DNA of 63,209 nucleotides, filler included, from Octopus bimaculoides (lineage: Eukaryota): NCBI RefSeq assembly GCF_001194135.2. It is 6 parts of 6 records of this genome, joined end to end, with 100 filler letters (N's around TTAATTAATTAA, not from the genome) between each part and the next. Parts side by side here need not be neighbours in the genome. Positions count along the whole stretch, not along the records: positions 34,019 to 56,424 come from NC_069003.1; positions 56,525 to 61,149 come from NC_068996.1; positions 61,250 to 63,209 come from NC_068981.1; 3 more parts are not named here. One strand, given 5' to 3'. The position numbers and the translations under genes are program-made. A model generated the notes under the pieces. That model had not been told where the DNA came from and made no database searches. It worked only from the letters and a program-made list of their open reading frames with translations. Shown here piece by piece: positions 49,848 to 62,191 of the stretch; the first letter of the stretch is position 1; each line of letters begins with the position of its first letter.

Positions 49848-51809
49848 NNNNNNNNNNNNNNNNNNNNNNNNNNNNNNNNNNNNNNNNNNNNNNNNNNNNN
49901 NNNNNNNNNNNNNNNNNNNNNNNNNNNNNNNNNNNNNNNNNNNNNNNNNNNNNNNNNNNNNNNNNNNNNNNNNNNNNNNNNNNNNNNNNNNNNNNNNNNN
50001 NNNNNNNNNNNNNNNNNNNNNNNNNNNNNNNNNNNNNNNNNNNNNNNNNNNNNNNNNNNNNNNNNNNNNNNNNNNNNNNNNNNNNNNNNNNNNNNNNNNN
50101 NNNNNNNNNNNNNNNNNNNNNNNNNNNNNNNNNNNNNNNNNNNNNNNNNNNNNNNNNNNNNNNNNNNNNNNNNNNNNNNTTACACGAATTTATCAAGTAG
50201 CTAGCGTGAAAAAAACCTCATAAGGGAAAAAATGCATGATTTATTCCCCAAAATATATTTATATATATAAGGGCATTACTATACAAGAATGCCTCACGGT
50301 ATGAGGGACTCTAAGGTCAGACTACCATAATAAACACATTTTTACCGAACGCGAGGAAATGCAACTCTCAAAGCTAGCCCCTTAAAACAGACTGAATTAT
50401 AGATCATGATTTGGTAGTTATTGTAGTATTATACAACTTCTACTCATCAGTTTAATATGGTCAAGATACATAGACATAAACAGAAAATCAACATACCAAA
50501 TGAACATCGTGTCTCCAGTATAGTACATAGAAGATTGTTTATCGCTATATACCTATGTAAGTGGCGGGCTTTTCGAATTGCATCTCGGTACATGTGTTTT
50601 TTTTTTCAGAATAAATTCAGCACTGAATATATTCTGGTTATATATTTAAATTCAATAATAGGATGAATTCTTTTACAATAATTTATCACTTTCTACCTGC
50701 AGTACGGCTTTAACAGTCTCTTTTAGTGGTTCCATATTTTTTGGGAATTAATCCCGGAAGGTAGTCTGCATGACCAATTTTTTTCGATGGAATGTATTGC
50801 ATTTTGAAATTATAATTTAGTAATATTATACCCCAACGTTGCAAGTGGTTCGCAGTATGAGCCGATAACTAATTTTTAAAACCCATAAATCGACAGCAAA
50901 GGTCTATGGTTTGTTTGCAATAAAAAAAACTACTGCTGTGCAGAAACCTGTGAAATTTTTTATCTGCAAAATTATTTGCTAGGGCCTCCTTTTCAATTTG
51001 ACGATATCTCTTCTCTGCCGCTGTTAGCGAGCGTGAAACATGAACCACTGGTTTTGTACTTCCGTCTTCGTATTTATGAAGTAGAACAGCACCTAATCCG
51101 TACTCGAAAGTATCAGACACTACAATGATGTCCATTTCGGGACCGTAATGTGCTAACGACAGGTCTGACATCAGAATTGTTTTTATTTCTTCAAAAGTGT
51201 TCTAGCATTTAGTGGACCAATTCCACTTTACTCCTTTTTTTTAAAATAAGTCATTCAATGGAGCTCTTAACTTGTGCTTATTAGGAATATAGTTTTGGTA
51301 GTAGTTTGCCAGTCCAAGAAATGTTTGTAAAGCTGGAATATTTGTCGGTGCAAGCATATTCCTTATTGCGTCTGCCCTCGATGGGTCAGGACGTCTACCA
51401 CTTTTAACAATTATTTACCCTAAGTATTTAATTTGAGGTAGAATGAATTCGCTTTTTTTTTTATTGTGCTTCCCGGGACAATACATTTGAATTTTTGCAG
51501 AGTCTTTATCTTGTATTTTTTTCACATCATGTTTAAGATTTACCATAGTCAGAAATTCTTCTGCGACGGTTTGTAGAGATAAATCCTGGTTTGCTTGCTC
51601 CATTTTAGAGAGAATCCTTGCCCGAATTTCTCTATCTTCAGGTGTTATAAGTCCTTGCACGAAGATAAGTGATTTGAACATATCCTGAGAGATCCTGGAG
51701 TTTGAAATTTTCGCACGTACTGTTGACTACTTCGGCGTAGGTGATAAAACCATCATGTTCCTTTCTTATTAAGTCTCAACACTCCATTCTGGTGTTGAAT
51801 AAGGAACTT

Positions 51810-52160
51810 CTATTCTTTTATTTGTTTCAATCATTTGACTGCGGCCATGCTGGAGCACCGCCTTTAGCCGAATAAATCGACCCCAGGATTTATTCTTTCG
51901 AAGCCTAATACTTATTCTATCGGTCTCTTTTGCCAACCACTAAGTTACGGGGACGTAAACACATCAACGTCGGTTATCAAGCGGAGGTGAGAGTACAAAC
52001 ACAGAAACACACATACGCACACACATACACATATATATATGACAGGCTTCTTTCAGTTTCCGTCTACCAAATCCACTCACAAGGCTTTGGTCGGCCCGAG
52101 ACTATAGTAGAAGACACTTGCGCAAGGTGTCACGCAGTGGGACTGAACCCAGAACCATGT
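51810..52160 (-). mobile_element. SINE family B inserted in gag of the LTR element
   Basis: Reverse complement of about 29060-29430; separates the gag segments 52168-52413 and 51415-51681. Confidence 0.9.
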
Positions 52161-52929
52161 AGTTCTATCACAAAAAATTTTGAAACCAGTTCCACGGTTT
52201 CTTGGAATCCAATCTCAAGTTTTTGGGCAGAGTAAAGTTACAGTAACGCTCATGTTCGACAGGAGCTACCTTGCGTAGTAGAAGCCTTACTTCCTGTTCC
52301 TCCGACCATGACTTGCACTCGTTATCAAAAATTTCCTTGTATCTTCTAAAATACGCGGGAAACGTAATACCCTCCTGCAGATTATACGTAAATTCAGAAA
52401 TTACGTTAGCCACGTCGTCTGGCGTAAACGAGCTTACTGGATTTTCGGACTTCGCCGACTTAATTCTTGTTGTATTTGTTTTCGCAACTCCTATAGTTGT
52501 TCCTGTTAATTCTCTTGAAGTTGTACTACAGCAGCCAATAGGTTTTCCATGACGTAGAAATTGTCAAATAACCAATGTGAGTTTCGAACGATCCTCGTTA
52601 CCAGATATTATATCTTTGTAGATAAACGAATATACTGCAACAGTGTAATAACAATATAATCGAACCAAACGACTGTAACCACACGGAACGTAGCAACAAT
52701 CTTTCAAGAACCAACAATCCGACACGCTGACTTGAACTAAGAACTTTGAAATCCAACTTTGAACTATCAACACACGAACTGTGGAACTAGCACGATGACT
52801 GTATTCAAACCATCGTACTAGTTCCACAGTTTGTGTTAGCACGAACTAACTCACTTACTCAGACCGCTACTATTTATATGTAGTGATCCAGTCCATTCTC
52901 GCCAGGAGACGTCGTACTTTCGCACAGCA

Positions 52930-53100
52930 GATACATACATACATGACGGGTTTCTTTCAGTTTCAACCTACCAAATTGCCTCACAAGGCATTGGTTGGGC
53001 CGGGCGTATAGTAGAGGACACTTGCCTATGGTGTCATGCAGTGGGACTGAACCCGAAACCACGTCGTTGCAAAGCGAGCTACTTAACTATACAGCCATGG
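52930..53100 (-). mobile_element. 5' half of the split SINE B
   Basis: gacgggtttctttcagtttc..gcagtgggactgaacccgaaaccac..acagccatg; collinear with 44170-44392. Confidence 0.75.
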
Positions 53101-53422
53101 TCATGCTTACGCATTGATATAAATTTTCAAATAAAATACGTTGTAGTGGAATGTAGACTCCAATTTTCTTTCTAAGGGTACCTAAAAGGAGCTCGAATCT
53201 TAAAAGAATTAGTGGAGTGTAAGCTTGGAAAGTACTCCAGTCAGTAACATTTTAGCCGAATCTGGAAATTCTGTGTGCGCGCGCGTATGTGTGCGTGTGC
53301 GTGTGTGAGTGAGTGCGTAATGTACGTGTGTGTATATATATACATGTATATATATANNNNNNNNNNNNNNNNNNNNNNNNNNNNNNNNNNNNNNNNNNNN
53401 NNNNNNNNNNNNNNNNNNNNNN

Positions 53423-53484
53423 ACTCCATTCTATTATTGACCCAAGAGTAAATTTGGTAGACGGGTCTGGAAAGAAGCCTGTTG

Positions 53485-53525
<41 letters not shown>

Positions 53526-53790
53526 ATGCGTGTGTATTGTGTGTGTGCGTTTTTGTTGGTCGTGTATGTGTCTTTTGTGTCTATGTTTGTCCCACCACAA
53601 CTTGATAACCAGTGTTGGTATGTTTACGTCCCCTAGCTTAGCAGTTCGGCGAAAGATACCGATACAATAAGTACCAGTCTTAAAAGAAACAATAAGTACT
53701 GGAGTCGATTCATGCGAATAAAACTTCTTCAAGGCGGTGCCCCAGTATGGCCGCAGTGTCACGACTACAGCAAATAAAAGACAAACGATA
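53423..53790 (+). mobile_element. SINE family B copy (head lost in a gap)
   Basis: tttggtagacggg..aagaagcc..cttagcagttcggcgaaag..ggcggtgccccagtatggccgcag. Confidence 0.75.
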
Positions 53791-53895
53791 CATATGAAAA
53801 AAAGAGATGACCAAAAAAGAACTTCATTAGCCCACGGCTTTTTCCGTTATGATTTGCCGTGGTCTCAATAACTTTGGTGTCTATCGATAGACAGG

Positions 53896-53982
<87 letters not shown>

Positions 53983-55165
53983 AGTGACATAAGCGCAGAT
54001 GTGCAGACCCTCAGACACGCAAGTACACATATACACACTCATATGCACACACGCCCGCACGCACACATGCACATACATGTACACTCAGACACATACACAT
54101 ATACACATGCAACGCGTTCGCCATCGCTACATCAAGAAAATGCCAGAACTTAAGAAAGTTTTATATTTATCATCCTTTTTCCATCTTAAAATTTCATAAA
54201 AGCTAATCGCTTGATCTCAGGTATTTCACAAACCAACAATGAAAACATTAAAATATTCCTTCATTTTTTTCTTCTTTTTATCTTTTATTTTCCTTTTACT
54301 TATTTCCTTTTCACTTTTCCTTTTATATTTTTACATTTACGTTTTTCTCTACTTTCGCTTTCTTACAGAAAATGAAGCTTACAAATCGCCATTTTGGAAC
54401 GTTTCTCTTGCTTGACGTTTTTCAATAAAGCTAGCGATAGCAACGTAACAAGCTCTATACTAAATATAGGTTGAGCGAATGCCAAAAGGAAATTCGTATT
54501 TTTAAATCAATTTATCCTCTTCTTTCTATCTTTCTTTCCTTTTCTCTTCTTTTTGTTCGTCATTTCTTTCCCCCCTTTTAATATCTTCGAGATAAGTTGT
54601 CTAGATATTAAGATAAAATGGTTTGGGTCCTAATTATTTCTATATTATTTCATGATTACTTCTCATTTACGTAGTCTCCTGCAAAAAGCCTCGAGTAGGT
54701 GTTCTCTCGAATTTTTTTATTTTATCTCAGTTTATTTATTTATTTTTTTCTTTTTTCCCTCGGGTTTTATTTAATCGTTAATCTAATGCGAGCTACCAAG
54801 AAATTGTAGGGTATCGCTTTCTTTAGATTCTCTTTGTGTGAGGTCTTCCTTACATTACGCTGCGATCACTAGAGTACTCTTTTATTATATTCATAATACC
54901 TTCGTTCTTCGATGGATTATATATACATGCACATGCACAAACACACCACGCACACACACATATACACACACACACACGCGCGCTCGCGCGCGCGCATGAT
55001 CCGTTTTTAACAGTTAAGTCGAAGTCGATAAGACGATGAATTATTTCACGGTCTCTCGAAGTTTCTACATTCTTATGATGTAAGTTGCATATATATGTCG
55101 GTAGTTACATGTGTATCTATTTTTATACACATACATTAAAAATATATACATATGTATACACGCAT

Positions 55166-55430
55166 TGGAGGCGCGTGTAGCTTAGTGATTATGGTGTTGG
55201 ACTCATGATCGTAAGATTGTGGTTTCCATTCCTCGAACGGGTGATGCATTTTATTCTTGAGCAAAACGCTTCATTTCTCATTGCTCCAGTCTACTAGGCT
55301 GGCAAAAGTGAGTAACCTTGCGACGGTTCGGCGTCCCGTCTAGGATGAGAACATATTCGCCATGGAAACCGGGAAACCTTTCCCTGTGAGTCTATTTGAC
55401 ACGGAAAAGACCTTTACTCTTTTATCTTTT
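55166..55430 (+). mobile_element. tRNA-derived SINE family D
   Basis: ggaggcgcgtgtagcttagtg head; ttcttgagcaaaacgcttcatttctcattgctccagtc body. Confidence 0.75.
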
Positions 55431-55569
55431 ATGTGTACACGAATGCATACACACACACACACACACACACACACATATGACCCTCGGTCGATTTAGATGA
55501 TGATTACTCAGTTGTTTGATTTACTAAGCAATCTGCTCATTGACTATACATGCATATATAAGCACAGCA

Positions 55570-55599
<30 letters not shown>

Positions 55600-55606
<7 letters not shown>

Positions 55607-55743
55607 CGTACATATATATATTTATATGTATATTATTTACAAACATGTCATACACTATGTCTGGTCAAGAATCAGCCAGACATAGTTTATGACATGTTTG
55701 TAAATAATATACATATAAATGTATATACGTGCATATATATATA
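55600..55743. repeat. Fold-back inverted repeat
   Basis: 55631-55664 pairs with 55676-55709 (33/34) around an 11-nt loop, and pairing extends into the TA-rich flanks. Confidence 0.9.
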
Positions 55744-56529
55744 NNNNNNNNNNNNNNNNNNNNNNNNNNNNNNNNNNNNNNNNNNNNNNNNNNNNNNNNN
55801 NNNNNNNNNNNNNNNCATCCTCTTCCAACCCTACAAAAACCCTTTTTCCCCACAAAATAATCCAAACAAGACTCAACTCAACCATTCTCCTTCCATATGG
55901 ACTAGAAGCATCATGAACCCCCCTTATACTTGCTATTATCCCCATCTCAATGCCCCTTACTCTCACACCAATAACAAACAAGGAATCCTACCCACACCTA
56001 TGCATAAATCTCCCACCCAAGGTACCCCATACCGTCCACCCAACAAGCATACCATTTTTTCTACAGATCTCCATACCCAGGCAACCCACACCAACAGAAC
56101 CACAATAACTACCTACCCAACTCCAACCTTGCATACAATCCACCCTACAAACACCAAAAACCCACCGCATTTCTCACAAAACCTTAAACCATCACATCCC
56201 ATACCAACACAATCACTATACCTACCCATCCACTTCCAGCCTATCCACCCAACAATACCCCTACCCCTACCCCTTCTACCACAACTCTAACAATCACTAC
56301 ACCCCGCACTTCAACAACCATTTTTTAGACAGCGGGGAGAAAAACAGGCACTACCGCTAATACAGACCCATCAAAAGAAAACTAAAAAGAAAACTAAAAT
56401 AATAAACCTCTTACACAAACCCAANNNNNNNNNNNNNNNNNNNNNNNNNNNNNNNNNNNNNNNNNNNNTTAATTAATTAANNNNNNNNNNNNNNNNNNNN
56501 NNNNNNNNNNNNNNNNNNNNNNNNTTATA

Positions 56530-56560
<31 letters not shown>

Positions 56561-58019
56561 CATATACTTTTATACAACAAAGATGATAATTTAGGAATTC
56601 ATTAACGGTAGCTATTGTGATTATGATAAAGATGAAAATGGTGGTATTGGTGATCGTGTTGGTCGTGGTGGTCGTGGTAGGATTTGTAATAATAGTGGTG
56701 GTGGTGGTGGTGGTAATAAATGCAATAGATCAAAAAATTTGAAAAGTAAAGAAAGCAGTTGTTTTTCAATTTTTTTACGTGCCACGAATGTATCGAAATC
56801 CTTTTACAATAGAATTCTGATTATAACAACAACAATAAAAAATCTCTTAATAACTGGAAGATAAATAACAATAGCATAAAAACAATCAACAACAGATATG
56901 TAATCGTTGATGATAATAATAATATTGATGATGCTGCTGATAATAATAATAATAATTGTAATAACAACAACAATAACAACAATAATATATGTTGATGACA
57001 TAAAAATAACAACTTAAAAACAGTTGCAATTTTGAAAATGTAGCTAAAATAACAAAAACAACAGCAATTAATATTCAAATGAATAAGATCATAAAATATT
57101 AAAAGCTAAGTTCAAAAAGTAGAAGCTCAAGGGTAAAACTAGATCAAAGAACATGATAGCATGTCTTTTTTTAAATAGTTACGCGTTTCAAAAGCTTCCA
57201 AAACCATGTCACTATATTCACATTAATACTTACGATAACACGAGTAAAATTATATACAGCAAGCATGAAAGCACTCATATCTTGATATACGTACGTTTTA
57301 TTCTGTCTATCTCTCTTTTCCTTTCTATTACCTTCTCCTGATAAACATGTATGTACGTGTGTGTGTGTGCGTGTATTGGAGGGAAAAGAAAAACAGACGG
57401 ACAGACAGACAGACATTGTGTACATCTGTGTATTAATGTATGAATATGTGTGTATGTGTACACATATATGTGTGTATGACTATTTATGCTTGTATTTTTA
57501 TAAGGACAATTTCATTTTTGCGTCTACTCCTAGTAATAGGTTGGAAGCTCCTTATAATTTATACTATCATTTTTGTTAGCCTTTGTTTCTGTCACCTACC
57601 TCACATTCGTTTCTTCTTTCCTTTTTTTTTTCTTTTTCCAGTTGTTATTCATATCATTTTGTTCATTTTTTTTTTAGTAATTTCGTGATTCGTTTTTACC
57701 GCCTTGGAAAATAAAAGAAAATATACTTTGGATAATTTGGCACAAGATACAATATGCCTGGAAAAATATGGGTTGGTTACAACAAAAATATCTTTGTTCA
57801 TAAGCGAGTTGCATCATGATGCCCTAATACAATTATCACTTCCTTGACTACTTTGAAATATAGAAAATACGAGATGCCGCGACGTTCACACAAATGTTAA
57901 GAGCATACATTGGAAATAAAATGCGTAGCGATAATTTATGCTTTGTTCAAATTGTCCTTTAAGCCTCATGAAGGATTTTTAATTTACTCCATGCACTGTT
58001 ATCTGTTAAGAATTTTGAT

Positions 58020-58094
<75 letters not shown>

Positions 58095-59349
58095 CTTGCA
58101 TACTGTTCTCAAACAGAGCGTCAGGGATTTTTGAAAGTATAATTTAAACCACACTAATGTATACCTGAGTTTTCAAATATTTTATCAACCTACATCATAA
58201 TATTTACAAATGTGCACCCAATAAATCCATGGAACAACGTTCAACAAACGTGACGATTAGAAATCCTTTCTTTATAACTTGCCAGATAATACGAGATTTA
58301 AACTAGTGCGTTACTAGTTATGAGTTCTACCTTCTGAAGAAAAATGCATAAGCAGGTTTTATAAGAAAAATGAAAGAGGAGGACAGACCCCCAATTCGCT
58401 GAGACAAACAACATGACTACTCTAGATGGCCTAGGTAGAACTTACCAGCTTTTATAAGCCACCTTCCGGAATCTTTAACCAAAAAATATTTGGCCTTTCA
58501 TTGAAGCTTGCCATGTCAACTATTGAAAGACAGTGCTGATAAGACGAGCAATATTCACACAGGCTTTAATTTCTTTCATGGTGGCAGTTTTCATTTTATG
58601 TTCGTGGTCCTAGACTGGAAAAATTTTAGAGCTGTGATTCAGTTTTCAACCGTGATCTTGCTGCACAATAGTTTTCTGTTTTATTTCTTATTTTTAACTT
58701 TAATGATTGAAGTCATCGACCGAGGGTTTAAGATTTAATACTTTTAGTGTTTGTCAATACCCGAGGCTCTTATTTCCTATAAATGGAGCTAATGATTTAA
58801 ATTCAAATTAATCCTAGAATCTGATAACTCATATTATTTATGTCTTTGTATTTATGTACTACATATGGTAATTACAACTTATCCTGAAACTTATAATATT
58901 TTATTATACACTGATACGTTTGGAATAGTTTCTTCATCGTAGTTTTCACAGTGTTTCGAGATTTGTACCTTCCCTCCCTTTCCAAGTGCTTAGTGTGTTC
59001 AGTAGCGGTCACGAAATTTCATACCGTGCTTTTAATTTAATCTTCGAGGAAAGCTTATTCTCATTTTTATTCTAGTTATTTCAGTTATTCTAGAATTTGT
59101 GATGCAATTTCTTTTGCTTTAACCAGGAATATATAACTTACTGATCTACGGACTTAACTCACACATACTAGTTAAAATGCAACACTTAGCACTGAAATGT
59201 TTTACAATCAATATACCACCGATTCGTTTGACAATTAAGTGATGGAAACTAGGAGGTTTAAAGCTAACTTTTTCATGAATTTAGGCCTTATATTGTTTCA
59301 ATGTTGCTCCCTACATATCTTGACTTTGCAACTATTGAAGACTTGTTTA

Positions 59350-59750
59350 TGCCTTATTTTTGCATATCCCTCTCCATCACCGCTTTACGCCTTATTCTAG
59401 TGGAGGATGTCATATTTTCCTATTCATTACTGTAACTTCATGGGTTGAAGTGTACAGAGTTTTTCATAATGATTTCTTCTGGTGGAGATTAAGCTCGGAA
59501 AAGAGGCTCTCATGTTTTGGGAAATCCTGAACAATATTGTTACCGAACAATACCTGAAGTTTGATTTCAACCATTCATACTGCATAGAGAATGATATCAC
59601 TCGCTATTTATAATGCCGAACAAACCAAGACCCTAAGTAGCAATGCATATATTTACCTACAAGAGACGATAATTGTTATAGAGAAAGGCCATCCACAGCA
59701 ACAACTATCCTGGAGACATAACGTCAGATTTCAAAAGCAGGAATAAAGAG
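59350..59750 (-). mobile_element. Possible very old LINE RT remnant
   Basis: Minus-strand IASDIILYA..SELNLHQKKS loosely resembles FADDIxL..GLxxNxxKT; many stops. Confidence 0.25.
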
Positions 59751-60603
59751 TCGAGAATGTTGATCAAAGTATCATCTATTGACTGTCTATCTCATATTTA
59801 AAGGCATATCAGGAAAAACTTCGAAAAGTCTGATCTGCACTCCTTTTTATGAAACGCAGACCAGGATGGTATTCAAATGCAGATCCATCTTTCAACTGAA
59901 AACAATTTCATCACAAGTAATCACAATGACATCTTCGTTGTGATTTCTTGTGACTGTATACATTCCATCCTATAACGTTATTGGAGGGGAAATAAAAGTG
60001 AGGCTACAAACTCACTGAAAGTAAAGCTATAGAAACATAGTCAAGCCGTAAACAAGAATCAGGCATGACTGATCATTTGTGAATAGGGAAAAAAATGGAA
60101 ACCCCAACGTTTGTGGAACAAAATCAAGATAATATATTGGAAAACATCACTGTTCATAATAGATAAATAATTTGACGATTTATTATTCTTACGTATATTC
60201 TTCCAATACAATCTTATACTTCACTAAGCCGATCACTTACTCTAAAATATTATTTGATATGGACATAGCGTTTAAAGATAAAATTTGCAGACACGGTTTC
60301 TGGTCTCCGACTTCACTTTACTATTCCATTCAAAACAATTCAAGAAAGGGATAACTTCATATTACTTACACTTATATTTTCCTGCTAAAACCGTATATAT
60401 ATATATATATTTATGAAAAGGCACGTGACTTTCCTGTTTTATACGAGAGGAGAATCTCAAGACGAATCAATATATTGATTTATGATAACTATAATATACA
60501 CTACAATAACAAAACATGGTATAATGCTTTTATTAAAGTTTCTTTTGTTCCATCGAAGAATTATACATATATATATATATATAAATATATGTTTGTGTGC
60601 GCC

Positions 60604-60634
<31 letters not shown>

Positions 60635-60792
60635 CTGTGTGTGTGTGTGTGTCTGTGTGTGTGTGTGTGCGTGTGTGTGTGCGTGTGTGTACATATATAT
60701 ATGTATGTATGTATATATGCGTGTGTGTGTGTTTGTATATATATATATATGTGTGTGTGTGGATATATACATGTTTATATATGTATATACAT

Positions 60793-61149
60793 GTGGAGGC
60801 GCAATGGCCCAGTGGTTAGGGTAACAGACTCACGGTCATAGGATCGTGGTTTCGATTCCCAGACCGGGCGTTTTGAGTGTTTATTGAGCAAAAACACCTA
60901 AGGCTCCACGAGGCTCTGGCAGGGGATGGTGGTGAACCCTGCTGTACTCTTCCACCACAACTTCCTCTCACTCTTACTTCCTGTTTCTGTTGTGCCTGTA
61001 ATTCAAAGAGTCAGCCTTGTCACACTGTGTCACGCTGAATATCCCCGAGAACTACGTTAAGGGTACACGTGTCTGTGGGGTGCTCAGCCACTTGCACGTT
61101 AATTTCACGAGCAGGCTGTTCCGTTGATAGGATCAACTGGAACCCTCGA
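60793..61149 (+). mobile_element. tRNA-derived SINE family C
   Basis: ggcgcaatggcccagtggttagg A box and ggtttcgattcc B box; truncated by a scaffold join. Confidence 0.9.
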
Positions 61150-61275
61150 NNNNNNNNNNNNNNNNNNNNNNNNNNNNNNNNNNNNNNNNNNNNTTAATTA
61201 ATTAANNNNNNNNNNNNNNNNNNNNNNNNNNNNNNNNNNNNNNNNNNNNTGTGTGTGTGTGTGTGTGTGTGTATG

Positions 61276-61324
<49 letters not shown>

Positions 61325-61589
61325 AATCGCAAGACCGCATAGTTACTTCCATTTCCTATGCGTTTAGTATGTACATTTGTGGCGATTACTTATGAATTTC
61401 TTTACGTAGAAACCACTCTGTATAGTTCGTAAGAACCGAAACTTGGCGTATTGGTGTATTAATTTATAATTTTATCATCAGGAATGTATGTATTAAATTC
61501 ATTCGGAATAGTAGCTCTTCGATTCGAGAGTATTCTAGTAATATTGGAAGTGTATGCATTACAAAGCTGCCTGCAACTGTTTGGATAAT

Positions 61590-62034
61590 ACTTTTAAAAT
61601 GCACCACCTGTGTAGGAGTGGAATGTCGCACTGGACACAGAACCAGTTGTTTTGCTGGCACTACGTCGCTTACGACGTCAAGTCTTCCAGTCGATCCAAT
61701 CAAGGGAACAGTCTGCTCGTGAAATTAATGTGCAAGCGGCTGAGCACTCCACAGACACGTGTACCCTTAACATAGTTCTTGGGGATATTCAGCGTGACAG
61801 AGTGTGACAAGGCTGGCTCTTTGAAATACAGGTACAACAGACACAGGAAGAAAGAGTGAGCCAAAGTTGTGGTGGAAGAGTACAGCAGGGTTCGCCACCA
61901 TCCCCTGCCGGATCCTCGTGGAGCTTTAGGTGTTTTCGCTCAATAAACACTCACAACGCCCGGTCTGGGAATCGAAACCACGATCCTATGACCGCGAGTC
62001 CGCTGCCCTAACCACTGGGCCATTGCTCCTCCAC
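61590..62034 (-). mobile_element. SINE family C, inverted copy
   Basis: Reverse complement of 60793-61149; anticodon-like loop CTCGCGG (TCG, Arg-like). Confidence 0.9.
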
Positions 62035-62080
62035 AGAGAACCAGTAATATCTGGTAAAGTGTAATTCATCATAGTATACT

Positions 62081-62191
<111 letters not shown>

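Larger units (their letters stand above)
44393..52929 (-). mobile_element. Mag-clade-like Gypsy LTR retrotransposon (decayed, with nested insertions)
   Basis: 5' LTR 52606-52929 and 3' LTR 44393-44647; TSD GATAC (44388-44392 / 52930-52934). PBS TGGTAACGAGGAT (52591-52603), resembling the complement of the tRNA-Ser(GCU) 3' end; PPT AAAAGTGGAGA. gag FTYNLQEGITFPAYFRRY; RT/RNase H FLGLANYY, GLGAVLLH, QIEKEALA, LQRWGIILLNYNF. Integrase not found. Confidence 0.88.

Noticed and set aside
54340-54430. Strong acceptor (ttcttacag) followed by AATAAA
   Set aside because: All three frames stop quickly and there is no homology. It cannot be supported as an exon without RNA data.
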